Of a DNA stretch of 64,000 bases, positions 15,345 to 25,509 are shown one piece after another. Source of the stretch: a bacterium (GTDB taxonomy: Bacteria; UBA8248). The stretch is from contig OZ241326.1 of the NCBI GenBank assembly GCA_965199855.1, positions 2,432,001 to 2,496,000 on the forward strand, written 5' to 3'. A program made the position numbers and the translations under genes. Each line of letters opens with the position of its first letter. The stretch's first letter is position 1. The notes under the pieces are model-generated. The model saw only the letters and a list, made by a program, of their open reading frames with translations, did not search any database and was not told where the DNA came from.

Positions 15345-18146
15345 ATGGAGACGGAACCCCGCAGAACCGAAGAGGCGCCGGCGGGCGATGAGGAGGCGCC
15401 GGCGGCGTCGAACGGGGCGAACCGGAGCGAATTCGACGATTCGAGGTATCTGCCCGACCCGGGCGGCGCGTTCACCCTCGTGGACGAGTCCGAATTCGAC
15501 CGCATAGAGACGCTCGAGTGGATCGAATCGCTCAACTACGTTCTCCAGGCCAAGGGGCCCGAGCGGACGAAAACCCTGCTTCGCCATCTCCAGGTTCACG
15601 CCGTTCGCTCGGGCGTCTCCCGCCCCTTCTCGGCGAACACCCCTTACGTCAACACGATTCCCCTCGAGAAGCAGCCCCCCTTCCCCGGAGACCGGGCGAT
15701 TGAGCGCCGCATCAAGAGCCTCGTCCGCTGGAACGCGATGGCCATGGTCGTGCGCGCCAACGCGGAGGACGCCTCCATCGGCGGGCACATCTCCACCTAC
15801 GCCTCGGCGGCCACGCTGCTGGAGGTCGGGTTCAACCACTTCTTCCGGGGGAAGAGCCATCCCTGCGGCGGCGACCTCGTGTATTTTCAGGGCCACAGCG
15901 CCCCCGGCATCTACGCCAGGGCCTTCCTGGAGGGGCGCCTGACGGAGGAGCACCTCGGGAACTTCCGGCGCGAGCTCCGGGAGGGCGGCGGGCTGTCCTC
16001 CTATCCGCACCCCTGGCTCATGTCCGACTTCTGGGAGTTTCCGACGGTCTCCATGGGCCTCTCGCCCCTCATGGCGATATACCAGGCGCGGTATCTGCGC
16101 TATCTCGAGGACCGCGGCCTCAAGATCGCCACGGGCCAGAGGGTGTGGGCGTTCCTGGGCGACGGGGAGATGGACGAGCCCGAATCCCTGGGCGCCATCA
16201 CCCTCGCCGCGCGGGAGAAGCTCGACAACCTCATCTTCGTCATCAACTGCAACCTCCAGCGGCTGGACGGCCCGGTGCGCGGCAACGGCAAAATCATCCA
16301 GGAGCTGGAGGCCGCCTTCCGGGGCGCGAGGTGGAACGTCATCAAGGTCATCTGGGGCGACGACTGGGACCCCCTGGTGGCGATGGACGAGGAGGGCGTC
16401 CTGCTCCGGCGCATGGGCGAGACGGTGGACGGGCAGTATCAGAAATACAGCGTCCAGGAGGCCCACAAGGGCCGCTACCTGCGCGAGCACTTCTTCGGCG
16501 TGGACGATCGGCTCAGGACGATGGCCGACGGCTTCTCGGACGAGCGGCTCGGCAGGATGCGGCGCGGCGGCCACGACCCCGAAAAGGTGTTCGCCGCCTA
16601 TCAGGCCGCGATGGAGTGCAGGGATCGCCCCACGGTCATCCTCGCCAAGACGGTCAAGGGATACGGGCTGGGCGAGGGCGGCGAGGGCAGGAACATCACC
16701 CACCAGCAGAAGAAGCTCAACCAGGACGAGCTCAAGGAGTTCCGGAAGCGCTTCGAGATTCCCGTCTCGGACGAGGAGGTCGTCCGGGCGCCGTTCTACA
16801 GGCCGCCGGAGGACAGCCCCGAAATCGTCTACCTCAAGGCGAAGCGCCAGGCGCTGGGAGGCTACGTTCCCACCAGGCGAACCGCCTCCGAGCCGATCGA
16901 ACTCCCTCCCGGCGACCTGTTCGAGGAGTTTCTCCGGGGAACGGAGGGGCGCGAGGTCTCCACGACCATGGTGTTCGTCCGGGTTCTGAGCAAGCTGCTC
17001 CGGGACAAGGGGCTGGGCAAGCTCGTCGTCCCCATCGTGCCGGACGAGGCGAGAACGTTCGGCATGGAGGCGCTCTTCCGCCAGATCGGCATCTACTCCC
17101 ACGCCGGCCAGCTCTACGAGCCCGTGGACCGCGACAGCCTCCTCTACTACAAGGAGGCGCAGAACGGGCAGATTCTCGAGGAGGGCATCACCGAGGCGGG
17201 GTCGATGGCCTCGTTCATCGCCGCCGGAACCTCCTACGCCACGCACGGCGTGAACACGATTCCCTTCTACATCTACTATTCGATGTTCGGTTTCCAGCGC
17301 ATCGGCGACCTCATCTGGGCCGCGGCGGACATGCGCGCGCGCGGCTTCCTCATCGGGGGAACGGCCGGCCGCACCACCCTGAACGGGGAGGGACTCCAGC
17401 ACCAGGACGGCAACAGCCACCTCCTCGCCTATCCCGTTCCCAACCTGCTCACCTACGACCCGGCCTTCGCCTTCGAGATGGCGGTGATCATCCAGGACGG
17501 AATCCGCCGGATGTACAAGGAGCAGGAGAGCGTCTTCTACTACCTCACCGCCTACAACGAGAACTACGCCATGCCGCCCATGCCGGAGGGCGCGGAAACC
17601 GGCATCCTGAAGGGCATGTACCTCTTCCGGCCCTCGCGGAAGCAGTCGGGCCTCAAGGCGCAGCTGCTGGGAAGCGGCCCCATATTGAACGAGGCGCTCA
17701 AGGCGCAGGAAATCCTCGAGGAGCGCTACTCGGTGGCGGCCGACGTGTGGAGCGTCACCAGCTACAAGGAGCTCCGGCGCGACGCCCTCGAGGCCGAGCG
17801 GTGGAACATGCTGCATCCGGGGCAGGCGCCGAGAACGCCTTACGTGACGCAGTGCCTCACGCCGGGGCGCGGCGTGTGCGTGGCGGCCTCGGACTACGTG
17901 AAGGCCACGCCCGACTCGATCTCCAGGTGGGTGCCGTCTCCCATGATTTCGCTGGGAACCGAGGGGTTCGGCAGAAGCGAATCCAGGGAGGCTCTCAGGG
18001 ATTTCTTTGAAATCGACGCGCGCTACATCGCGCTCGCCGCGCTGTACGGCCTGGCGCGCGAGAAGAGCATCTACCTCGATCTCGTGAAAAAGGCGATTCA
18101 GGACATGGAGATCGACCCCGAAAAAGCCGATCCGATAATTTCCTGA
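15345..18146 (+). CDS. aceE: Pyruvate dehydrogenase E1, homodimeric type
   Basis: GGAGG RBS before METEPRR; motifs GGHISTYAS, FPTVSMGL, the GDGEMDEPES TPP-binding motif and NGEGLQH. Confidence 0.95.
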   Translation: METEPRRTEEAPAGDEEAPAASNGANRSEFDDSRYLPDPGGAFTLVDESEFDRIETLEWIESLNYVLQAKGPERTKTLLRHLQVHAVRSGVSRPFSANTPYVNTIPLEKQPPFPGDRAIERRIKSLVRWNAMAMVVRANAEDASIGGHISTYASAATLLEVGFNHFFRGKSHPCGGDLVYFQGHSAPGIYARAFLEGRLTEEHLGNFRRELREGGGLSSYPHPWLMSDFWEFPTVSMGLSPLMAIYQARYLRYLEDRGLKIATGQRVWAFLGDGEMDEPESLGAITLAAREKLDNLIFVINCNLQRLDGPVRGNGKIIQELEAAFRGARWNVIKVIWGDDWDPLVAMDEEGVLLRRMGETVDGQYQKYSVQEAHKGRYLREHFFGVDDRLRTMADGFSDERLGRMRRGGHDPEKVFAAYQAAMECRDRPTVILAKTVKGYGLGEGGEGRNITHQQKKLNQDELKEFRKRFEIPVSDEEVVRAPFYRPPEDSPEIVYLKAKRQALGGYVPTRRTASEPIELPPGDLFEEFLRGTEGREVSTTMVFVRVLSKLLRDKGLGKLVVPIVPDEARTFGMEALFRQIGIYSHAGQLYEPVDRDSLLYYKEAQNGQILEEGITEAGSMASFIAAGTSYATHGVNTIPFYIYYSMFGFQRIGDLIWAAADMRARGFLIGGTAGRTTLNGEGLQHQDGNSHLLAYPVPNLLTYDPAFAFEMAVIIQDGIRRMYKEQESVFYYLTAYNENYAMPPMPEGAETGILKGMYLFRPSRKQSGLKAQLLGSGPILNEALKAQEILEERYSVAADVWSVTSYKELRRDALEAERWNMLHPGQAPRTPYVTQCLTPGRGVCVAASDYVKATPDSISRWVPSPMISLGTEGFGRSESREALRDFFEIDARYIALAALYGLAREKSIYLDLVKKAIQDMEIDPEKADPIIS

Positions 18147-18165
18147 TCCGGACCCCGGGGGCCGC

Positions 18166-19449
18166 ATGACCACCGAATTCAGACTCCCCGAGCTCGGGGA
18201 AAACATCCAGTCGGGAAAGGTGATCTCCGTTCTGGTGAGCGTGGGCGAGACCATCGCGCTGGATCAGCCCGTCATCGAGGTGGAGACCGAAAAGGCGCTC
18301 ATCGAGGTGCCCTCGTCCGTCGAGGGCAGGATCGCGGAAATTCGCCTTGAACCCGGCGACGACGCCGAGGTGGGCGCGACCATTCTCGTCGTCGAGGAAA
18401 GCGGCGCGGAGCCCGCCCCGGCGGAGGCGGAGGGAGGCGCCGGGGGGGGCGTCGAGGAACCTCCATCGGAGGCGGACGCGCCGCTCACCGCCGAGCCGTC
18501 CGCTCCCCCGGCCGCGCCTCCTGCGGCTGCGCCTGAACCCGTCCCCGGCGCCGGGACGCCCGCGGCGCCCGCGGCGCGCAGAATCGCGCGCGAGGCGGGC
18601 GTGGATATCCGCGAGGTTCCCGGCAGCGGCGCCGGCGGCAGAATCTCTCCGCAGGACGTGAGGGAGTTCGCCGCGGCGCGGGGCGCCGCGCCGGGCGCGC
18701 CCGCGTGGATGCGCGCGCCGGTTCAGCTGCCCGACCTCGCCCGCTGGGGAGAGGTCGAGCGCGCGCCCATGTCGGGAATCCGCCGGGCGGCGTCCGCCAA
18801 TCTCGCCCGCGCGTGGGCGCTCATCCCCCACGTCACCCAGTGCGAGAAGGCGGACGTCTCCGAGCTCGAGAACCTGAGAAAGAAATTCGCTCCCGAGGCG
18901 GAGGCCGCCGGCGGCAAACTCACCATCACCGCCGTTTTGATAAAAGTTCTCGCCTCGGCGCTCGGGGCCTTCCCGCAGTTCAACGCGAGCGTGGACGCGG
19001 CCGCCGGCGAGATCGTCCTCAAGCGCTACGCGCACGTGGGCGTCGCCGTGGACACCGAGAGCGGCCTGCTCGTTCCGGTGATCCGCGACGCGGACAAAAA
19101 GAGCGTCATCGAGCTCTCGGTGGAGCTCGGCGAGGCCGCCGGGCGCGCCCGCTCCCGAAGGCTCGCCCCGGACGACATGGAGGGCGGCTCCATCACCATC
19201 ACGAACCTCGGGGGCCTCGGCGGCACCTATTTCACCCCGATCGTGAAGTGGCCCGAAGTCGCCATCCTCGGCGTCTCGCGGGCGCGCATGGAGCCCGTCT
19301 GGACGGGCGAGGCCTTCGCGCCGCGCCTCATGCTCCCGCTCATGGTCTCCTACGATCACCGCGTCATCGACGGGGCGGACGGCGTCCGGTTCCTGCGCTG
19401 GGTGGCGGACGCCCTCGAAAAGCCGGCTCGCCTGAACCTGGGGGGCTGA
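18166..19449 (+). CDS. aceF: Dihydrolipoamide acyltransferase E2 (one lipoyl domain)
   Basis: Lipoyl motif ETEKA, E3-binding GSGAGGRI and catalytic YDHRVIDGA; follows aceE. Confidence 0.9.
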   Translation: MTTEFRLPELGENIQSGKVISVLVSVGETIALDQPVIEVETEKALIEVPSSVEGRIAEIRLEPGDDAEVGATILVVEESGAEPAPAEAEGGAGGGVEEPPSEADAPLTAEPSAPPAAPPAAAPEPVPGAGTPAAPAARRIAREAGVDIREVPGSGAGGRISPQDVREFAAARGAAPGAPAWMRAPVQLPDLARWGEVERAPMSGIRRAASANLARAWALIPHVTQCEKADVSELENLRKKFAPEAEAAGGKLTITAVLIKVLASALGAFPQFNASVDAAAGEIVLKRYAHVGVAVDTESGLLVPVIRDADKKSVIELSVELGEAAGRARSRRLAPDDMEGGSITITNLGGLGGTYFTPIVKWPEVAILGVSRARMEPVWTGEAFAPRLMLPLMVSYDHRVIDGADGVRFLRWVADALEKPARLNLGG

Positions 19450-19577
19450 CGCCCCCGGGAGGAGGAGCGGCCGCGTCCCGGGAGTCGGGCGCGCCGCTCG
19501 CCCTCGCCCCCCGGGCGCGAAGCCCCCTTGGGGAGCTGGGGCTTCCCCCCGCTTTTCATCCGCCGGACGCTCCTTCC

Positions 19578-20150
19578 ATGGCGAACCTTCTGGGCGACTG
19601 GAATTTTCTGCAATACTGGTGGTGGAAGCCCTACCTGGAGCCCCTCGTCGGCCTGGGCTGGTTCGCGGGCGTCATCGCCCTGGGCTCCGTCCTCTTCTTC
19701 GCCCTCACGGGAAGCGCCCGACTCGCCGAATACAGGCTGGCCGTCTTCCCCCCGAAAGAGCCGAAAGAGCCGGAGATTCCCGCCGACGAAGCGGCGCTCG
19801 CCGAGTTCATGGAGTCTTTTTTCCCCGAAGCGTCGGAGGAGGAAATCCTGCGGATGGAGCGAACCCTCGCGGACGTCATGCGCGAGGAGATTCACCCGGA
19901 GGCGGCGCGCGAACTGGAGGCGCGGGGGATATCCGTCCGGCTCCTGACGCTCCCGCTTCCCGATGCCGTGCGCGAGGCGCGAGGCTATCCGGCGGCGGCC
20001 TGGCGACCCCGCCTGAACGCGATAGAAATCTACGGGTCGATCCTCAAAAGCGAATGCCGGGGAGAGCCGGAGCGCTGGCGGGAGAAGATGGGGGAGCTTC
20101 TGCCGCGCGAAATCGGCCGCGCCCTAGGCGCGGATGAGCCGGGCGCCTAG
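19578..20150 (+). CDS. Hypothetical membrane-anchored protein with a degenerate zincin-like C-terminus
   Basis: MANLLGDWNF start, one hydrophobic helix and host-like codon use; ends IEIYGSIL...ELLPREIGRALG. Confidence 0.6.
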   Translation: MANLLGDWNFLQYWWWKPYLEPLVGLGWFAGVIALGSVLFFALTGSARLAEYRLAVFPPKEPKEPEIPADEAALAEFMESFFPEASEEEILRMERTLADVMREEIHPEAARELEARGISVRLLTLPLPDAVREARGYPAAAWRPRLNAIEIYGSILKSECRGEPERWREKMGELLPREIGRALGADEPGA

Positions 20151-20155
20151 CCCTC

Positions 20156-21670
20156 TCAGCCTTCATGCGCCTCCAGGTCGGCGGGATCGCTCACCTCCAG
20201 GCTTCCCCTCAGCCCGAAGAGGCGCCGCATCTTCTTTCTGAAGGCGGGCGTGAAGAGCCTCTCGGCGTAGAAGCGGCCCGCCGCCCTCTTGTTCACCTGC
20301 GCCAGCGTGGGATAGACGTGCACCGTGTCCACCACCTCCCTGACGCGCATCTTCCTGCGGACGGCCAGGGCGAACTCGTGCAGTATCTCGCCCGCGGAGG
20401 GCCCGACCAGATCGGCGCCCACGAGCCTGCCCTTGGCGTCGCACACCACCTTGCAGAGACCCTCCGTCTCGCCGTCCAGAACGGCGCGATCCACCCGGCT
20501 CATCGGAAAGCGGAGGATCCGCGCGCGGTTCGCCCCGAACGCCTCCCTGGCCTCCGCCTCGCCCATGCCGACGTGCGCCGCCTCGGGCGTGGTGTAGATC
20601 GTCCAGGGGACGGCGTCGTAGTTCGTCTTTTTCCTGAGAAACGGGAGCGGAACGCCGAAGGGCGCGCTGAACAGCATGTTTCTGAGCGCCACGCCCGCCT
20701 CATACTCCGCCATGTGGGTGAACAGATATTGGCCCCGCACGTCGCCCGCGGCGAAGACGCGCGGATTCGAGGTGCGGAGCCAGGCGTCCGTCTCCACCCC
20801 GCGCGGGGTGAAGCGCACGCCCGCCCTCTCCAGGTCCATGCCGCCCACGTTGGGCGAGCGGCCGGTGGCGACGAGCAGCCGGTCGCAGACCCACTCCCTC
20901 CTCCCCGAGGGCGTGTCGGCCTCGACGAGAATCTCATCGCCGCGCTTCGTGATTTTTCGCGCGTCCGCCTCGAAATGGAGTCTCAGGCCGGATTTTTTCA
21001 GGCAGTCGGCGAGGAGCGCCGCCATCTCGGCGTCGAGCCTCGGCAGGAGCTTCGGCGCGCGCTGGAGCACGTCCACCTCGGCGCCCAGCTGCTGAAACGC
21101 CTGGGAGAGCTCCAGGCCGATGGGCCCGGCGCCCAGCACCACGAGGCGCCTCGGTAGCTCCTCCAGATTGAATACGGTCTCGTTCGTGAGGTAGGGAGCG
21201 TCCGCAAGGCCGGCGACGGGCGGCACGAAGGGGGAGCTGCCCGTCGCCAGCAGGAATTTCCTGGCGCGAAGCGTCCTGTCGCCGACCCGGAACGCATCGG
21301 GGCCGATGAAGGCGCCCTCTCCGAAGACGACCTCTATTCCCATGCCCTCGAAGCGCGAGGGCGCGTCGTGCTCGCCGATGCGGGCCTGGGCCGCCTTCAT
21401 GCGCTTCATCACGCGCGGGAAATCGACCCGAACCTCGCCGGCGTCGACGCCGAACGCGGGCATCGAGCGCGCCTGCGCCGCCAGCCGCGCCGCCCGGATG
21501 AGGCCCTTCGAGGGCACGCAGCCGTAGTTCAGGCAGTCGCCGCCGAGCTTCGCCTTCTCGACGAGGGCGACCTTCGCGCCCAGCTGCGCCGCGCCGACCG
21601 AGGCCACGAGCCCCCCGACGCCCCCGCCGATGGCGACCAGATCGAATGACGATTCCTTGTTCAAGCGCAT
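20156..21670 (-). CDS. Class I pyridine nucleotide-disulfide oxidoreductase (mercuric-reductase/LpdA-like)
   Basis: GGGVGG FAD motif, GGDCLNYGCVPSK redox disulfide and GAGPIG NAD motif. Has HVYPTL rather than HPTxxE and no C-terminal Cys pair. Start may be 21709. Confidence 0.85.
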   Translation of the reverse strand: MRLNKESSFDLVAIGGGVGGLVASVGAAQLGAKVALVEKAKLGGDCLNYGCVPSKGLIRAARLAAQARSMPAFGVDAGEVRVDFPRVMKRMKAAQARIGEHDAPSRFEGMGIEVVFGEGAFIGPDAFRVGDRTLRARKFLLATGSSPFVPPVAGLADAPYLTNETVFNLEELPRRLVVLGAGPIGLELSQAFQQLGAEVDVLQRAPKLLPRLDAEMAALLADCLKKSGLRLHFEADARKITKRGDEILVEADTPSGRREWVCDRLLVATGRSPNVGGMDLERAGVRFTPRGVETDAWLRTSNPRVFAAGDVRGQYLFTHMAEYEAGVALRNMLFSAPFGVPLPFLRKKTNYDAVPWTIYTTPEAAHVGMGEAEAREAFGANRARILRFPMSRVDRAVLDGETEGLCKVVCDAKGRLVGADLVGPSAGEILHEFALAVRRKMRVREVVDTVHVYPTLAQVNKRAAGRFYAERLFTPAFRKKMRRLFGLRGSLEVSDPADLEAHEG

Positions 21671-21725
21671 CCCCTTCCCGGACGGCGAAAGCCGCCCCTC
21701 CCGCGACAAGCGCGCGGCGTCCGCG

Positions 21726-23267
21726 TCAGGCGGCTCCCTCTTCCGAAGGCGCTCCCTCCTCCGAAGGCATGAAGGAGAGCGCGAAGAACAGCCCCGCCAT
21801 GAGAAGCCAGCCGAGCGCCATCCGGGGCGCCGCCGCCCAGGCGAACACGCTGTCCACGCCGAAGGGGGTGATGCGCCAGGCGTGGATGATCCCGAACCAG
21901 CTCGCCACCGCGCCGGCCAGCGCCCAGCCCGCCGCCTGCTTCGCCTGCCTGTCCACCAGCTTCGCCACCGCGGCCGTGATGATGAGGGAGGTGAAGATGA
22001 AGCCGCGCTCCAGGGTGATCATCCCCTCCAGGTGAAAGCCCGCCTTGGCGAACGCCTCCTGCCCGACCTTGTGCAGACTCGTTCCCGCTCCCCGGAGGGC
22101 GGATTCCACCACCAGCAGGCCCCACGCGGCGAGGGTCGGGACGAGGCCCAGGGCCACGGCCGCGCCGTGGCGCGCCGGCGTCGCCTGGAACGCCTGGGTG
22201 ACGATCATCAGCCCTATCCAGAGCATGATGGCGAACAGCGCCTCTTCGGGGATGATTTTCGAGAGCGCCGCGAGCGAGCCGGTGAGGCAGAGAAGCGTGA
22301 TGACGACTCCGTTGACGGCGCTGTAGGCCGAACGCGCCCCCACCGCCTTCCAGGCCGGGTGTCCGATGTAGATGGTCGTGGGAAAGCAGCTGCCCAGGCA
22401 CGCCGCCAGAAGCGAGCCCGCGCCGTTCACCGCCAGCGAGCTGCGCGTCTCGAACCTGTCGCCGCCCACGGCCGCGCTCTCCAGGCACATGAGGCTGCCC
22501 ACGAGCGTCGCCAGCCCCATGGGGATGGAGACCGCGAGAAAGTCCCACGCCAGCGGCCCGAAGAGCGCGCCGAACAGGGAGCCCAGGGCGAGGGTCGGGA
22601 ACGTGAGGCCCACGGCGGCGGGGACGTCGGCCGGCCCCCGGACGATGAGCGAGAGAATGACGCCCGCCGCCACCGCCACGAGGCCGCCCGGCAGGCCGAA
22701 GGGGAGCCGGAACCCGCCGAAATACTGGATGAGGATGATTCCCAGAGGCACCATGGAGATGAGCGGATTCTCCCAGATTCTGAACGCGAACCCCATGGTG
22801 ATGAAGGTGAGGCCGATGCCGCCGAGCGCGGAGAGAAGGGCGGCCCGGGGCGCGAGCCGCCGGACGCGGTCGCCCACCAGCGCGCCCAGGGTCTCGATGA
22901 TTCCGCTCACGAAGCAGGCCGCCAGCCCCGCCTGCCAGGCGGCCTCGACGCTTCCCGTCTTGATCTTGACGGGCAGCATGATGAGAAAGATGAACACGAA
23001 GATCGTCGGCGTGTTCACCCCGTAGGGCATGGCGGTCACGTCCTCGCGCCCCTCGCGCTCCGCCAGGCGGCGCGCCTGCCAGGAGTAGAAAAGGTTGCCG
23101 CCCAGGATGCTCAGGGCCGCGGCGGGAAGCACGCGCCCGAAAATGAGCTCGTCGGGAAATTCGAGAACGAACTTGAGGAGACTCACGACCACGAGAAGGC
23201 TGGCGAGGTTGTCCATCCACAGCCCGAAGAAGCCGTCGATATCTCCCTTCACGAACCACCTGGACAT
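21726..23267 (-). CDS. NCS2/AzgA-like nucleobase permease
   Basis: GGAGGAG RBS before MSRWFVKGDIDGFFGL; motifs TAMPYGVNTP and PTTIYIGHP; many TM helices. Confidence 0.85.
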   Translation of the reverse strand: MSRWFVKGDIDGFFGLWMDNLASLLVVVSLLKFVLEFPDELIFGRVLPAAALSILGGNLFYSWQARRLAEREGREDVTAMPYGVNTPTIFVFIFLIMLPVKIKTGSVEAAWQAGLAACFVSGIIETLGALVGDRVRRLAPRAALLSALGGIGLTFITMGFAFRIWENPLISMVPLGIILIQYFGGFRLPFGLPGGLVAVAAGVILSLIVRGPADVPAAVGLTFPTLALGSLFGALFGPLAWDFLAVSIPMGLATLVGSLMCLESAAVGGDRFETRSSLAVNGAGSLLAACLGSCFPTTIYIGHPAWKAVGARSAYSAVNGVVITLLCLTGSLAALSKIIPEEALFAIMLWIGLMIVTQAFQATPARHGAAVALGLVPTLAAWGLLVVESALRGAGTSLHKVGQEAFAKAGFHLEGMITLERGFIFTSLIITAAVAKLVDRQAKQAAGWALAGAVASWFGIIHAWRITPFGVDSVFAWAAAPRMALGWLLMAGLFFALSFMPSEEGAPSEEGAA

Positions 23268-23428
23268 TCGGAACTCCTCCCACGCGAGATGAAGCCGATC
23301 GGGCGCGATGAGCGGATAGTAAAGCAAGCCGCCCCGCCCGCCAAGAGCCTCCCGGCGTTTTCTCTCCCGCGCCGCTCTGCTATGATGCGCCGCACGCTCA
23401 TCGCGATCCCCGCTTCGGGAGAGAAGCC

Positions 23429-24181
23429 ATGGAACCCGTCAAGGTCTATACGCGGCACGGCTGATACACCTGCGCCCTTACGAGAGAGTTTCTCTCGTCG
23501 AACGGCCTGGAGGTCGTGAACAGGGACTGCACGAACGACCCGGAGGCGCGGGCGGAGCTCGCGGCGCTGGGGCTGAAGTCCCTGCCCGTCTCCGCGCGGG
23601 GGGAGAGCGTCGTCGTGGGCTACGACGTGGACGCGCTCCGGGAAGCCTTCGGCGTCGAGGGGAGCGGGGCGGAATCCCTCTCCGCGGAGAAGATGCGGCG
23701 CTACTTCGGGATGGTCTTCGACGCCCTGCGCCGCGCGGTTCGCCAGATTCCGCAGGAAACGCTCGATTGGGTCTCCCCCGGCAGGCCCCGCACGCTGCGC
23801 CAGCTCACCTGGCACAGCTTCGAGCGTCCCGACCTGGTGATGCGGGCGCGCGCCTCGGGAGAATACACCGAGGAGATGGTGCGGGCGTATGAGACGGCGG
23901 CCGACGCCTATCGGACGGCTGAGGACATCTGCGCCTACGGGGATGAAATCGAGGCGAAGCTCGACGCCTTTCTCGCCGGCGGCGCGGGCGCGCTCTCCCG
24001 GAAGGTGGCGAGCTACATGGGGCCCATCACCGCGCACGAGCTGATGATTCTCGCCCTGGGGCACGCCTTCCAGCACCTGCGGCAGACCTATCACTACTTC
24101 GGGATGCTGGGGATCGAGCCGAAAAACCCCCTCAGCCCCGAAGACTACGAGGAAGTCCCCGTGCCGGCGGATCTTTTCTAG
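23429..24181 (+). CDS. Probable selenoprotein: glutaredoxin/NrdH-like (UxxC) domain fused to a DinB/YfiT-like domain, 250 aa
   Basis: GGGAGAG RBS; ATG 23429 reads MEPVKVYTRHG-TGA(23462)-YTC-ALTREFL, in frame with the 23516..24181 ORF. Has a Grx cis-Pro motif (SLPV), TLRQLTWH and GHAFQHLRQ, and a SECIS-like hairpin downstream of the UGA. Confidence 0.85.
23480..23498 (+). promoter_or_regulatory. Candidate bacterial SECIS element
   Basis: ACGAGAG-AGTTT-CTCTCGT perfect 7-bp stem; the loop begins 22 nt after the UGA and has G at position 2. Confidence 0.75.
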
Positions 24182-24229
24182 GGCCGGCCTCGGCCGACCG
24201 TTCAATCAAATCCGCGAGGAGCCCGACCC

Positions 24230-25507
24230 GTGCCGCCCAAAGCCAACGCTCCCCTTCGGGCGAACCGCGCCCGCATGAAGCGCGAGTTCGACGCCCAGGC
24301 GCAGATCGGAAAATACGGGCGAACGGGCCTCGACCGCGTGGCGTTCACGCCCGCCTACAATCGGGTTCGCGCCCTCGTCGAGGGCTGGATGCGGGAGGCG
24401 GGCCTCGCGACGCGCGTGGACGCCGTGGGGAATCTTTATGGGAGAAAGGAGGGCGCCCGGCGCGGGCTGCCCGCCGTGATGGCCGGCTCCCATCTCGATT
24501 CGCAAAGCCCGGGCGGGCGCTTCGACGGCCCGGCGGGCGTTCTCGCCGCGCTGGAGGCGGCGCGGCGCATCGGCGAGGCGGGACGCGCCCACGACCACCC
24601 CATCGAGGTGGCGGCCTTCGTGGGCGAGGAGTCCGCCTGCGGGATGACGGTGTTCGGCAGCAGCGCCGCGGCGGGCGCCCTGGGCGCGAAGGACCTGCGG
24701 GAGGCGATTCATCCGCCCAGCGGGAAATCCCTCTACGAGGCCGTCCGGGAAGCGGGGGGAGACCCCGCGCGCCTGCGCTCCTGCCGCGTCCGCAAGGGCG
24801 CGCTCAAGGCGTTCGTGGAGCTCCACATCGAGCAGGGCCCTGTTCTCGAGGCGAGCGGGACGCCCATCGGGATCGTGGACAGGGTGGTGGGCTACGCGAG
24901 GGGCGAGGTTCGCTTCTCGGGCGTCTCGGCGCACTCGGGCGGACAGCCCATGCCCTACCGCAGGGACGCCGGCATGGCGGCGGCGGACTTCATGGTGCGC
25001 ATGGAGGGCTTCGTCAAGCGCGCGCCGGCCTCTCGGCGCCTGACGATCACCTTCGGCGAAATGGCGGCGCGTCCCGGGTGGGTCTCCATCGTGCCGGGAG
25101 GGGCGAGCCTCTCCTTCGACCTGCGGAGCAGGAGCGAGGCGGCGATGGCGCGCGCCCTCGCGCGGATGCGGAAAACCCTCGCCGATATAGAAAAGGAGCG
25201 CGGGGTGCGCGGGAGGCTCCTGGGCGTGAAGAGGCTGGCCGTATGCCCCGCCTCCCCGAAAATTCAGAGGGCGCTCCGGCGCGCCTCCGCCGAGACGGGA
25301 CACCCCGCGCTCGCGCTTTCGAGCGGAGGCGTCCACGACGCCTGCCGCATGGCGGAGATATGCCCGATGGGCATGGTGTTCATCCCCTCGGTGAAGGGTC
25401 TCTCGCACACGCCGGAGGAATTCACGCGCTTCGGCGACGTGGTGAAGGGCGCGGAAATCCTCGCCTCGGCCATCCTGCGTCTGGCCGACGGCCGGGTGAA
25501 GGCTTGA
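24230..25507 (+). CDS. M20 family Zn-dependent amidohydrolase (allantoate/N-carbamoyl-amino acid hydrolase-like)
   Basis: Motifs GSHLDS, GGRFDG, GEE, ELHIEQGPVL, HDA and SHTPEE. Confidence 0.9.
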   Translation: MPPKANAPLRANRARMKREFDAQAQIGKYGRTGLDRVAFTPAYNRVRALVEGWMREAGLATRVDAVGNLYGRKEGARRGLPAVMAGSHLDSQSPGGRFDGPAGVLAALEAARRIGEAGRAHDHPIEVAAFVGEESACGMTVFGSSAAAGALGAKDLREAIHPPSGKSLYEAVREAGGDPARLRSCRVRKGALKAFVELHIEQGPVLEASGTPIGIVDRVVGYARGEVRFSGVSAHSGGQPMPYRRDAGMAAADFMVRMEGFVKRAPASRRLTITFGEMAARPGWVSIVPGGASLSFDLRSRSEAAMARALARMRKTLADIEKERGVRGRLLGVKRLAVCPASPKIQRALRRASAETGHPALALSSGGVHDACRMAEICPMGMVFIPSVKGLSHTPEEFTRFGDVVKGAEILASAILRLADGRVKA

Positions 25508-25509
25508 CG

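Noticed and set aside
20156-21670. Calling this gene lpdA or merA
   Set aside because: It is convergent to aceEF, lacks the HPTxxE motif of LpdA and the C-terminal Cys pair of MerA, and has no mer genes nearby.
23462-23464. In-frame TGAs (here and at 48511-48513) as nonsense mutations or a UGA=Trp/Gly code
   Set aside because: Both fall exactly on catalytic Cys positions with SECIS-like hairpins, and TGA is a normal stop for many other genes in the window.
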